A stretch of 64,000 nt of DNA from Patescibacteria group bacterium (GTDB taxonomy: Bacteria > Patescibacteriota > Patescibacteriia > Patescibacteriales > UBA12465), in the NCBI GenBank assembly GCA_041658665.1, contig JBAZZR010000001.1, forward strand, positions 64,576-128,575. Direction: 5' to 3'. The first letter of the stretch is position 1. Each line of letters starts with the position of its first letter. A program made the position numbers and the translations under genes. The notes below the pieces were generated by a model, which was not told the DNA's origin, made no database searches, and was given only the letters and a program-made list of their open reading frames with translations. Of the stretch, positions 8,655 to 18,504 are shown piece by piece.

Positions 8655-9374
8655 ATGTCCGGACATTCTAAATGGGCGACCACCCATCGTCAGAAAGAAT
8701 TAGTCGATGCTAAACGGGGAGCAATTTTTACTAAGTTTGCCAATGTTATTACGATTGCGGCTAAAAAAGGCGGCGACCCGAATACAAATCCGTCTCTGCG
8801 CGCAGCGGTTGATCGGGCGCGTGACGTCAGTATGCCTAAAGATAATATTGAGCGGGCGATTAAAAAGGGGACCGGCGAATTAGCGGGTGCGCAAATGGAG
8901 GAATTATATTATGAAGGAATTATTCCGCCAGGGGTGCAGGTCGTTGTTAAGTGTGTCACCGATAACAAGAATCGAAGTGGCTCGACGGTGCGCCATTCTT
9001 TCACTAAGAATGGGGGGGCTTTTGCCGCTGTCCTTTGGAATTTTCGGCAGTTAGGCGTTATCCGAGTAGCTGATGATTCTTTGCGGGAGAAAAAAATTAA
9101 TCTTGATGATCTAGAATTAGAATTAATTGATCGCGGCGGCCAAGATTTTGTGAAAGAGGAAGAGGGAATAACGGTCTACACGGAAATTAAAGATTTACAG
9201 TCAGTCCGCGAATATTTAGAAGCTAGAAATTTAAAAATTGCTAGCGCGGAAATCGAATACGTCGCTAAGGAGAAGGTAGAACTGAAAAAGGAAGACCAGG
9301 AAAAAATGGATAAATTTTTTGAAGAGATGGAGAATAATGAGGACGTGAGTGAATATTACTCTAATTTAGCCTAA
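8655..9374 (+). CDS. yebC: YebC/PmpR family DNA-binding regulator
   Basis: MSGHSKWATTHRQK...AKRG family signature. I prefer the ATG at 8655 over the GTG at 8625 in the ORF track. A TATAAT lies at 8610-8615. Confidence 0.9.
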   Translation: MSGHSKWATTHRQKELVDAKRGAIFTKFANVITIAAKKGGDPNTNPSLRAAVDRARDVSMPKDNIERAIKKGTGELAGAQMEELYYEGIIPPGVQVVVKCVTDNKNRSGSTVRHSFTKNGGAFAAVLWNFRQLGVIRVADDSLREKKINLDDLELELIDRGGQDFVKEEEGITVYTEIKDLQSVREYLEARNLKIASAEIEYVAKEKVELKKEDQEKMDKFFEEMENNEDVSEYYSNLA

Positions 9375-9388
9375 GGGTCGGACGCTAT

Positions 9389-9877
9389 ATGGAAAAAATA
9401 ATTTTAGGTCTTGATCCGGGGATTGCGGATACTGGCTATGGTCTGATTAAAGAAGCGGGCGGACATTTTTGTTGTTTAGCTTATGGTTCGATTAAGACTA
9501 AGGCGAGCGATGATTTAGTGGTTCGTTTAGAAATACTTCATCAAGAACTTGATCAGATTATTAAAAGATATCGGCCGGAGCTCGCGGCCGTTGAACAACT
9601 TTTTTTTAATAAAAATGTGCGGACGGCGCTAATCGTTGGTCAGGCACGCGGCGTTTCTTTATTAACTTTACGTCAGAACCGTTTAAAAATAATCGAATTT
9701 ACTCCCTCGCAAGTGAAACAAGCCGTGACGGCTTATGGCCAGGCCTCGAAAAAACAGGTACAGAAGATGGTGAAGCTTATTTTGAATTTAAAAGAGTTGC
9801 CACAGCCCGATGACGCGGCCGATGCTTTAGCTTTAGCAATTTGTGCTTCTAGTTCTAAATTATGCCTAAAAAATTAA
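9389..9877 (+). CDS. ruvC: crossover junction endodeoxyribonuclease RuvC
   Basis: ILGLDPGIADTGYG N-terminal motif. Length and the C-terminal DAADALALA motif are typical of RuvC. Confidence 0.9.
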   Translation: MEKIILGLDPGIADTGYGLIKEAGGHFCCLAYGSIKTKASDDLVVRLEILHQELDQIIKRYRPELAAVEQLFFNKNVRTALIVGQARGVSLLTLRQNRLKIIEFTPSQVKQAVTAYGQASKKQVQKMVKLILNLKELPQPDDAADALALAICASSSKLCLKN

Positions 9878-11334
9878 AAATTGTTCAAATCGCAGCGGAG
9901 GTTGCTCCTTTTTCTAAAACGGGCGGTTTAGGCGATGTGGCGCGGAGTTTGCCTAAGGCCCTCAGTCGTTTGAAGCAAGAAGTAATAATAATTACCCCGC
10001 TGTATGGCCGGCTAATTGATAAGCCAAAAAATAAATTAAAATTAATTTTTGCTAATGTTAATTTACGGCTTAATTCCGAAGAAACTATTCGGGTTAATTA
10101 TTGGCGCGGTTATTTAATGGACGGTTTGCCGATTTATTTTGTTGAATGCAAGAAATTTTTTTCTAAGCATAGTCGTCTTTACGGCTCGCGGCGCGAAAAC
10201 GCTCGTTTTTTAGTATTTAATGTGGCCGCTTTAAAATTATTGTCTTTATTAAAGTTTTCCGCCGACATTATTCATTGTCATGACTGGCAGACCGGCCTAA
10301 TCCCTTATTATTTAAAAACTGATTTTCGCTATTCTAAGACCTTGAAACAGGCCAAGACAATTTTTACTATTCATAATTTAATTTTTCAGTTGGGTCATAA
10401 TTGGTGGGAAATCGCTCCAGAGAATAAAGATTATGGTCGCAGCCGAATTCCCCATTTGAGTGATCCGCGTTTAGAGTATATTAATTTTGCGAAACGGGCG
10501 ATTTTGTCCGCCGACTATATTAATACAGTTAGTGAGCAATATCAGAAGGAAATCATGACTAAAAAATTTGGTCAGGATTTACACCGTATTTTAAAAAATC
10601 GCCGTGACCGGCTGCTGGGCATAATCAACGGCATTGATTATAATGCTTATAATCCGGAGAAAGATGAAGCAATCTATCGCCACTACTCTTATAAGCAACC
10701 TAAACTTAAAGTGGAGAATAAAATTTATCTCCAGAAGACTTTTCATTTACCGATTGATCGAAATATTCCGATTTTTTGTACGACTTCGCGGGTGACTTTT
10801 CAAAAGGGCTTTGCCTTATTAATTAAAGCGTTGCCGCGCTTAGTGGAGATGGCGGCGCAATTTATTATTGTGGGTGAAGGCGACCGTCACTATTTGCAAG
10901 AGTTACAAAAAATTGCTCGCAAGTATCCGAAAAAAATTGTGGTGATTCCGTCGCAAACCGCTATTCAGAAATACGAAACCCTCGTTTATGCGGGAGCGGA
11001 TTTTTTCCTATTACCTTCTAATCATGAGCCTTGTGGGATAAATCAATTAATTGCCATGCGTTATGGTTGTATCCCGATTGTTCGGGAAATTGGCGGTTTA
11101 TATGATACAGTTGATAATTTTTCGCCGGCTCTTAAAAGCGGCAATGGTTTTACGTTTAAAAATGAAGATGAGTTTGATTTGTACGCGGCAGTAGTGCGGG
11201 CGCTAGAAAATTATCAACATAAAACCGTCTGGTTCGCCTTAATTAAGCGAGCGATGAAACAGTCTAACGGCTGGGAAATACCGGCCAAAAAATATTTAGA
11301 ATTATATCGTCGAGTGAAAGGGTTGGTTAGTTAA
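9862..11334 (+). CDS. glgA: glycogen/starch synthase (GT5)
   Basis: KIVQIAAEVAPFSKTGGLGDV (KTGGL motif) and the C-terminal GT-B region EPCGINQL. Confidence 0.9.
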   Translation: MPKKLKIVQIAAEVAPFSKTGGLGDVARSLPKALSRLKQEVIIITPLYGRLIDKPKNKLKLIFANVNLRLNSEETIRVNYWRGYLMDGLPIYFVECKKFFSKHSRLYGSRRENARFLVFNVAALKLLSLLKFSADIIHCHDWQTGLIPYYLKTDFRYSKTLKQAKTIFTIHNLIFQLGHNWWEIAPENKDYGRSRIPHLSDPRLEYINFAKRAILSADYINTVSEQYQKEIMTKKFGQDLHRILKNRRDRLLGIINGIDYNAYNPEKDEAIYRHYSYKQPKLKVENKIYLQKTFHLPIDRNIPIFCTTSRVTFQKGFALLIKALPRLVEMAAQFIIVGEGDRHYLQELQKIARKYPKKIVVIPSQTAIQKYETLVYAGADFFLLPSNHEPCGINQLIAMRYGCIPIVREIGGLYDTVDNFSPALKSGNGFTFKNEDEFDLYAAVVRALENYQHKTVWFALIKRAMKQSNGWEIPAKKYLELYRRVKGLVS

Positions 11335-11355
11335 TTTATCGTTTATTATTTATAT

Positions 11356-12543
11356 ATGTTGTGGTTAAATTTTTTACATTTTTATCAGCCGGCTAACGCC
11401 GAATTTTACAGTATCAGGAAAGCGCTCGATAAAAGTTATTGGCGCTTGCTTCGTTTACTAGAAGAGCATCCGGATTTACGGATGACCATTAATATCAGCG
11501 GTTGTCTTTTAGAGCGGTTAGAGACAGAAAAAGAGACAGCTTTTTTAGATCGTCTTAAGTTTCTCGTTAAAAAAGGACGACTGGAATTAACGGGTTCGGC
11601 CGCTTATCACGGTTTTTTGCCACTTCTACCGGCGGCGGAGATTATTCGTCAAATCAGAATTAATGAAAAAATTTTACGTCATCATTTTGGTAAAAATTTT
11701 CGACCGGCGGGATTTTTTCTGCCGGAGATGGCTTACTCGCCAGTTGTCGCTAAGATTGTAAAACGTTTAGGTTATCGCTGGCTTATTTTAGATGAGCTAG
11801 CGTTTAGTGGTTTAGGTTATAAAAAACCAGAAGCTTTAAAGCCTTATAGCGACGCAGCGAGCGGTTTAAGAGTTATTTTTAGGAATCGAGAACTATCTAG
11901 TGCTTATCCGCCTGATAAGCTATGGCCGTTATTTAAGAAATTGAGCGTTGCTATGACCGACGTTTTTGTGACGGCGACCGATGCGGAGCTTTATGGTTTG
12001 CGTCATGAAGATCCGACGGCGGAGTTAGAAAAAATTGTAAAATTAAAAACATTATCGACGACGACCATTTCGCTTTTTTTTAAAAAAATTGGTCAGCAGA
12101 ATTTAGAAAAAATAAATTTAACCGCCTCTTCTTGGGAATCGACCGGGGCGGATTTGAAAAATCGGCGACCCTACGCGCTGTGGTTTGATAAGCGTAATAA
12201 AATACAAACTGCGCTTTGGAAATTAGCTAATTTTTCTTTGTCTCTAGAAACTAAATTTAAGGCCGATAAGAATTTTTATTGGTACCGCTGGCATTTAGTT
12301 CGCGGTTTGGCTAGTTGTACTTTTTGGTGGGCGAGCGCGCGCGATTTTTCTAAAATTTATGGCCCTTACGCTTGGAGTCCTGACGAAATCGAGCGCGGTT
12401 TAGAGGATTTAATTCGTTCAGTTCGTTCTTTTTCCGATCCTAAAACTAAACAGTCGAAATTAGTAGCGGAGAAATATTATTTAAAGATTAAAAAGCTAAT
12501 TTGGGAGGAGCATTGGCAAAAACACTGGCAGAAAATTGTTTAA
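11356..12543 (+). CDS. glycoside hydrolase family 57-like protein
   Basis: N-terminal LHFYQP segment and TDAELYGLRHED resemble GH57 catalytic regions. Sits next to glgA. Confidence 0.6.
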   Translation: MLWLNFLHFYQPANAEFYSIRKALDKSYWRLLRLLEEHPDLRMTINISGCLLERLETEKETAFLDRLKFLVKKGRLELTGSAAYHGFLPLLPAAEIIRQIRINEKILRHHFGKNFRPAGFFLPEMAYSPVVAKIVKRLGYRWLILDELAFSGLGYKKPEALKPYSDAASGLRVIFRNRELSSAYPPDKLWPLFKKLSVAMTDVFVTATDAELYGLRHEDPTAELEKIVKLKTLSTTTISLFFKKIGQQNLEKINLTASSWESTGADLKNRRPYALWFDKRNKIQTALWKLANFSLSLETKFKADKNFYWYRWHLVRGLASCTFWWASARDFSKIYGPYAWSPDEIERGLEDLIRSVRSFSDPKTKQSKLVAEKYYLKIKKLIWEEHWQKHWQKIV

Positions 12544-12571
12544 TTTAGGGCGTTAGTTGACCCTAAAAAAT

Positions 12572-13594
12572 ATGAATAAAATTTTACAATTATTTGACGA
12601 AAATTTTGTGGCGGATTTATTTAGGCGGGAAGTTTTACCGCATTATTCGGCTTTTACCGCGCTTAGTCGAGTAGAAATTAAACCTTATAAAAAATTAATT
12701 TGGGAAACGACTTATCACGTGGTGATTAGATTTAATACTTATTTTCTTAAAGCGACCGGGGAAGAAGTTAAAATTCCGATCGTTTGTTCGGCACATAGCG
12801 ACGAGTCGCGGGATAATATCTATTTAGCTCTGAAAGCCTTATGGGCAGCCGATTTTCCTAATGAGTTTATTGATTTACCTGATCCGCTGTTTTATTCTCC
12901 GGAATTTCGGGGGACGTTTTATCGGGGCTTGAGAGGAGAAAATTTATTATATTATATTAAAAATAAAGACGTTGCCGCGGTCGCGGAAATTGTGACGGCG
13001 GCCGCCAAACTTTTTGCCCGTCTGCATACTCTTACTAATTTAGCGGCGGTTAATTTAAATCACGCCAACGCTCGAATTAAGACCGTTATCCCCGGCACGA
13101 CTATGATTTTTAAAGAGATGGGTGCTCGTTATCACAATCAGTATAATAATGATTTAATGAAGATTTATGATTATTTTACTGAACAGGAGGAAAAATATTT
13201 TTCTGCCGGCGCCCCCTTAGTTTTAATTCATGGCGACGCTCATCCGGAAAATATCATTCGCACCGCGCCGAATCGCCTTGGCTTAATTGATTTCACCGAT
13301 TTATGCTTAGGGGATCGCGCTCGCGATTTGGGCGCCTTTTTGCAACAGTTGGAGTATAAGATTGTTACTAAAACCGAGGGGCAAGATTGGGCGGCTAAAA
13401 TGAAAAATTTATTTTTGAGTGTTTATTTAGACGCCGCTAATTTAAAATTAACGACCGATTTACAAACGCGAATTGATTTATATTATAACTGGACGGCGGT
13501 GCGGACAGCCACCTATTTTTTTCTGAAAGCCGGCCATAACGAAGAGCGGGGAATCGCTCTTTTAAAAGAAGTAAAAGCTAATTTAAAGCTTTAA
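12572..13594 (+). CDS. aminoglycoside-phosphotransferase-fold kinase (possibly a sugar/maltose kinase)
   Basis: LIHGDAHPENII catalytic loop and IDFTDLCLGDRARDLG. I prefer the ATG at 12572 over the TTG at 12557. Confidence 0.65.
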   Translation: MNKILQLFDENFVADLFRREVLPHYSAFTALSRVEIKPYKKLIWETTYHVVIRFNTYFLKATGEEVKIPIVCSAHSDESRDNIYLALKALWAADFPNEFIDLPDPLFYSPEFRGTFYRGLRGENLLYYIKNKDVAAVAEIVTAAAKLFARLHTLTNLAAVNLNHANARIKTVIPGTTMIFKEMGARYHNQYNNDLMKIYDYFTEQEEKYFSAGAPLVLIHGDAHPENIIRTAPNRLGLIDFTDLCLGDRARDLGAFLQQLEYKIVTKTEGQDWAAKMKNLFLSVYLDAANLKLTTDLQTRIDLYYNWTAVRTATYFFLKAGHNEERGIALLKEVKANLKL

Positions 13595-13633
13595 ATTAGT
13601 TGATTCTTTTAAGACTATTTATTTGCAGCTTGG

Positions 13634-14770
13634 TTGCCCACAAAAATTACCTGGCAAGATGATATATATATGTTGAAAGATGCTAATAGTCGGACTAATC
13701 TAAAAATCGCTCATATTCACGTGGCCGATCGGAATAACAAAGGCGACCGGGCGATTGTTTTAGCCGTCCAGGAATTATTGCGTCAACAGTTTAAGCGCTG
13801 TCGGATCAGTAATTTTTCCGTGGAACTGTTAAAAAAAGGTGGGGCGGCCGATTTAAAAAAAATTAATTCGGCCGATTTAGTAGTGATTGGTGGCGGCGGA
13901 ATTTTTTATTCTTATTTTTTACCTTACAATTTAGATTTTATTAAGGGAATTAAAAAACCGATAGTAATTTTGGGGGTTGGCTATATCCGAGAAATTGGGG
14001 CGCCTGCTTTAAGCCCAGCGAGCGCGCAAAGCGTGGCTCAATTAGTAAAAGCGGCGGCGCTAGTCGGCGTTCGCGATAATAATACGAAAAAATTTTTAGT
14101 AGCGCAGGGCGCTTTGCCGGCGGCCGTCGAGGTTATCGGCGATCCGGCTATCCTTTTAAAAGAAAAAAAACCGCGGGGGTTTAATTTAGTTGAAGGTAAT
14201 CGTAAAACGAGTAATCAAGCACCGATTAGAATCGGCTTGAATTTAAATTATTCCGGCTGGCTGGGTTTTGGCCAGTGGCGCAGGGATATCTTGGGCGCTT
14301 ATCAGGAAGTAATTGATTATTTTCAGAAAAAATATGGTGAGTTAGATGGTCCGGGAGTAGAATTTTATTATTTTAAACATCACCCGAGCGAAGATAATAT
14401 TTATCCGGCCTTAAAAATTAGAGATTTAAAAATAGTGGACTTAGCACCGCGCGAGCAGAAATATGTTTACGGGAAAATGGATCTAGTCGTCGGCATGATG
14501 CTGCACGTCGGAGTTTTATCGGTGGGCGCCGGTACGCCGGCTATAAGTGTTGCTTATGATTTGCGTAATTATAGTTTCGCTGAGTTTATCGGTTGTCCGG
14601 AACTAGTCGTCGATTTAGATAAACTTAAAAAAGGCGAACTACTCCAGAGAGCGATCTCTATATTTACAGCTAGAAAAAAGTATGGCTTAATGTTCAGTCG
14701 CCTGTTAATCTCTATTAATAAGAAACAGAGGAGTTTTTTAAAGGAAATTTTTGTTTATGATTTTAAATAA
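13634..14770 (+). CDS. polysaccharide pyruvyl transferase family protein
   Basis: NKGDRAI and VVIGGGGIF motifs typical of the PS_pyruv_trans family. The start is uncertain (TTG at 13634 or ATG at 13670). Confidence 0.55.
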   Translation: MPTKITWQDDIYMLKDANSRTNLKIAHIHVADRNNKGDRAIVLAVQELLRQQFKRCRISNFSVELLKKGGAADLKKINSADLVVIGGGGIFYSYFLPYNLDFIKGIKKPIVILGVGYIREIGAPALSPASAQSVAQLVKAAALVGVRDNNTKKFLVAQGALPAAVEVIGDPAILLKEKKPRGFNLVEGNRKTSNQAPIRIGLNLNYSGWLGFGQWRRDILGAYQEVIDYFQKKYGELDGPGVEFYYFKHHPSEDNIYPALKIRDLKIVDLAPREQKYVYGKMDLVVGMMLHVGVLSVGAGTPAISVAYDLRNYSFAEFIGCPELVVDLDKLKKGELLQRAISIFTARKKYGLMFSRLLISINKKQRSFLKEIFVYDFK

Positions 14771-15806
14771 ACCTAAGCTTAATTCGAATCCGCTGCACCA
14801 TCCCGTCCATAAAATTTCCGGTCTCTTGCCAGTGATGGCCGCTTTTTTAGGTAATTTAATAGTTTGTGTCGCTAAATTCGTGGGTTTTATATTGACTGGC
14901 TCGGGAGCGATGTTTTCTGAGGCAGTTCATAGTTTAGCGGATACGGCTAATCAGTCTTTACTTATTATTGGGGTCCGTAAATCAGTTCGTCAGCCAGACA
15001 ATCTCTATCCTTATGGTTACGGCCGAGAAAGATATATTTGGGCGATGATTTCTGCCTGTGGTATTTTTTTCATCGGTTCCGGCGTAACGCTCTATCATGG
15101 CGTTGGCGCTTTAATTGAGCCGACCGTGATTCATTTCAGTCGTTTTAATTTTTATATTTTACTAGCCGCTTTAATTATTGAATCATTTACTTTATATTTA
15201 GCCTTTCGTGACGTCAAACAGCATTTTCCCGGCGCGAAGTTAAAAAAAATATTAGCGGAAGCCGACCCGACAACTCTGGCCGTCGTTTATGAAGATGGTT
15301 TGGCGGTGATGGGCGTAATCATTGCCTTTTTTAGTATTTTAATTAGCTATTTAACCGGCCAAATTTTTTGGGACGCGTTAGGGTCTATTATCATCGGTCT
15401 TTTATTAGGAGTAGCGGCCGTTGTCTTAATTGCTAAAAATCGGAATTATTTAATTACTAAATCAATTCCGGCAGACATTGAAGAATTAGTGAAAGAAATT
15501 TTAAATAGTGATCCGACGGTTGAGAAAGTTCTCGATTTTAAGTCGGCCATTCTCGACGTCGATAAGTATTTGATTAAATGTGATATTGAATTTAACGCCG
15601 CCTCCCTGATGAAAGAGTTGTCTCATCATCATTTTTTAGAAAATGAGTATGAGGAGGTTAAAGAAAGTTATGAAAATTTTGTAAAATTTTCGGTCGATTA
15701 TATGGATCGAGTGCCGCGGTTAGTCGGCAAGAAGATTGATGACCTAGAAAATAAAATCCGGGCTCAAGTGCCGCAAGCGGTTTTTATTGATATTGAGATT
15801 AATTAA
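14757..15806 (+). CDS. cation diffusion facilitator (CDF) family transporter
   Basis: Six TM helices, a HSLADTANQ motif in TM2 and a C-terminal cytoplasmic domain. ATG at 14757; the ORF track uses the TTG at 14751. Confidence 0.8.
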   Translation: MILNKPKLNSNPLHHPVHKISGLLPVMAAFLGNLIVCVAKFVGFILTGSGAMFSEAVHSLADTANQSLLIIGVRKSVRQPDNLYPYGYGRERYIWAMISACGIFFIGSGVTLYHGVGALIEPTVIHFSRFNFYILLAALIIESFTLYLAFRDVKQHFPGAKLKKILAEADPTTLAVVYEDGLAVMGVIIAFFSILISYLTGQIFWDALGSIIIGLLLGVAAVVLIAKNRNYLITKSIPADIEELVKEILNSDPTVEKVLDFKSAILDVDKYLIKCDIEFNAASLMKELSHHHFLENEYEEVKESYENFVKFSVDYMDRVPRLVGKKIDDLENKIRAQVPQAVFIDIEIN

Positions 15807-15914
15807 AGAGTTCGATTTGACTGGTCTATTAGATGAAGTTAAATAAAATGTCATTACTAAATTTAGCTAGTATTTAATAATAATTATCATAATATAGACA
15901 AAATTAGTAAAATG

Positions 15915-15923
15915 TGGTATTAT
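15915..15923 (+). promoter_or_regulatory. extended -10 element TGGTATTAT upstream of ORF 15958
   Basis: TGnTATTAT, 35 nt upstream of the ATG. Confidence 0.4.
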
Positions 15924-15957
15924 GAAAAAGTTATATTTTGTGAGGTAATTTTTTTAT

Positions 15958-18504
15958 ATGTTTAGGGAAAATATCCAAAACGAGAAAGAACAAATGGCCG
16001 CTCGGACAAAAGAGGTTGAAGCGGATTTTCATGAGCAAAAAATGTCCCAGTTTTTAGAGAATCATGAGGTTATCTCTTATAAAGATGGAGATTGTGTTAT
16101 TGATGTGGAAAAGATAAAGAATTTTTCTGTTTCAAAAACTATTGATAAGCAATATTACTTTGATGGTGTAATACATTATATAACCAATGCTGATATTTTT
16201 GAATTTTTAAAAGATAAACAAGGCCGGGCTCAGACGGACGAAGAAACATCAGATAAATTTTTATTGTCGGACGAGGGGTCTTCTTTACCAAGGGCGGGCT
16301 TGGACGCTCGGGCAATAAGCGTTCAAGAGAATAAAAACCAAACAAGCCCGATAGTTGCTTTGCCTAAAAATATTTATGATGCTAAAAATGGCGATTTGGA
16401 TGAAGGGATATTAAAACCTTGGGAAGTAACCACTCATCCTGATTTTCGTCATAAGACAAAATTAACTGATGGCGCCGAAGCTTCTCTGGCGGATTTATTT
16501 TATCTTAATAAAATTAAAGAGGCCAAAATCCACCGTGATCAGACTGGTGCTTTGGTCTATTGGGATGGAGCAGATAATCAGTTTAAAAAATTTGTAGCCA
16601 CTCAGTCTGATAAAATTTTTCAGCGGCGGATAGTCTTCTCCGAGCAAGGTAAAAATTATTCTTTTCATGATAATACTAGCATGTTTATCAATAAATTTTT
16701 GCCGTTAGTTAAATCATTGAATCTTTTTGAGGCCGAAGATTTTCGCCGTGTTTCCGGGTCATCGACGGCTCAAACTTTATTAGCCCATGAAAGAAAAATT
16801 TTTGGTAGCCCTTATATTAATATTTCTAATAGCGCTAAGCATGCTCGTTATTATATTGGCCGGGATAAAATAGTCGGTACGGATCAAAAGATTAATGAGA
16901 ATATGAGAGCAGTAGAACTAGATCAAAATTTAGTCGGTGTCACTGAAGATTCTTTTGGTCGTCGTAAATTATTATATACTTTTCAGAAATTTAATGATCA
17001 AGAATATAAGAACTATGGCCTAGAAGATAAGGAAAGTTCTTATTGTCTGGTTTCGGGCAAAGAAATGAAAAAGCGGGTGAATGAATATCAAATATCAGAC
17101 TATTTGCCCCAACATAAAGACGAAAGCGCCGCTAATTATGCTAATCGTTTAGCTAATTTAAACGATGTTAAATTAACGAGCCGGACTTTTCGAGATCTGG
17201 CCTTGAAAGCGGAGACGCCGATTAATGATTTATCTTGGGCCGAGCAGCTTTTAATTACTAATTATGCTTTTGAAAGTAAAGATGAAAATAAATTATTAAA
17301 TTTTGTTAAGCAGTATAAAGTTGATGGCTTGCGATCGCTTATTACCGCCGAAGTAGATCAGAGGGCGGGAGACAAAATTATGGCTATTAGTGAAAAATTA
17401 CCATTTGCTCAAGCGAAGACGGTTTTTGAAAAGATTAGTGGCCTTAATCAGATGGCTACCCGTAAAGCAGATGAACTGGTCGACGTTTTTTTTGACGCCG
17501 AACGCGGCCAGGCGCCGCTCATGATGAGTGTTCATAAGGCGTTACTCAAAAAGACAAGCGAAATTGTCACGGCTTTTTATGAACACCTGAAGAAGGATGA
17601 TAATATTGAAGATTTATTGAGTGAGCTGGAGAAATGTAAGGCTGAAATGATTATGCTGGCTTCGGTCTTGAAAGAAGGAAAACTACAAGGAGAAAAAATT
17701 GATTTAGAAACGATTAGAGATTTAAATTTGGAAATAAAAGATTATGGTCAAGATATTGCCGAGCCGGATAAGAAGAATATTTTAAAGATTGCCCAGGCCA
17801 ATTGGAAAAATTTTGGTAATGACAAGATGGCCCAGGTAGTTTATGACGGTTTAGTCGAGACTTTGAACCAGGCTCAAGAGCAAAAGGCTTATATTTTAAA
17901 ATATAAAGATGAGGTGATCGGTTTTGTCCGTTTTGAGCGGACTAGCCACGGTACGGTTTATGCTGGGTCTCTTAATGTTTCCAAGGATTTGCGAGGTTTA
18001 TCGATTGGCAATGAGTTAATGGAGAAAGCGCTCCTGAAAGAAGGGGAACTTAATATTTTGGAAGCCTCAGCTTCTATTAAAATTCCGGCGGGCTGTAATT
18101 ATATTGAGAAAATTGGTTTTATCGCTGATGGCCTAATCGTAGATTATCACGGCACAGGTGAAAATTTACTGTCCATTAAATTAGATAAGGAAAAGAATAA
18201 AGAGTATAGTTTGCGTAATGAAGGAAAAGATAAGTTGCTTAGTTCAAGGGAATTGCAGGAAGCCATTAATGATTATAAACAATTGGATAATTTAATGGGC
18301 CGACCATATATTGTTTTACGTTTTGACTTGAATACGGAAATGGCCGAATATCAAGCAGCTTTGAGCCGACTTTTGCCCCAGGTTGATGATAATTTAAAAC
18401 CGCTAGAAGATAAGCAGGGGAAATATACTCTGACTCGTTATTTTTATGATAAGAATGAAGATCCGAAAGGCAATATTCGTTATTTGGTTTTTGAAAAAAA
18501 TTAA
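15958..18504 (+). CDS. large orphan protein (848 aa) with C-terminal GNAT acetyltransferase-like domain
   Basis: The GNAT-like segment VIGFVRFERTSHGTVYAGSLNVSKDLRGLSIGNELMEKAL lies near residues 650-700. No motif is recognised in the first ~600 aa. No TM or signal peptide. Confidence 0.65.
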   Translation: MFRENIQNEKEQMAARTKEVEADFHEQKMSQFLENHEVISYKDGDCVIDVEKIKNFSVSKTIDKQYYFDGVIHYITNADIFEFLKDKQGRAQTDEETSDKFLLSDEGSSLPRAGLDARAISVQENKNQTSPIVALPKNIYDAKNGDLDEGILKPWEVTTHPDFRHKTKLTDGAEASLADLFYLNKIKEAKIHRDQTGALVYWDGADNQFKKFVATQSDKIFQRRIVFSEQGKNYSFHDNTSMFINKFLPLVKSLNLFEAEDFRRVSGSSTAQTLLAHERKIFGSPYINISNSAKHARYYIGRDKIVGTDQKINENMRAVELDQNLVGVTEDSFGRRKLLYTFQKFNDQEYKNYGLEDKESSYCLVSGKEMKKRVNEYQISDYLPQHKDESAANYANRLANLNDVKLTSRTFRDLALKAETPINDLSWAEQLLITNYAFESKDENKLLNFVKQYKVDGLRSLITAEVDQRAGDKIMAISEKLPFAQAKTVFEKISGLNQMATRKADELVDVFFDAERGQAPLMMSVHKALLKKTSEIVTAFYEHLKKDDNIEDLLSELEKCKAEMIMLASVLKEGKLQGEKIDLETIRDLNLEIKDYGQDIAEPDKKNILKIAQANWKNFGNDKMAQVVYDGLVETLNQAQEQKAYILKYKDEVIGFVRFERTSHGTVYAGSLNVSKDLRGLSIGNELMEKALLKEGELNILEASASIKIPAGCNYIEKIGFIADGLIVDYHGTGENLLSIKLDKEKNKEYSLRNEGKDKLLSSRELQEAINDYKQLDNLMGRPYIVLRFDLNTEMAEYQAALSRLLPQVDDNLKPLEDKQGKYTLTRYFYDKNEDPKGNIRYLVFEKN

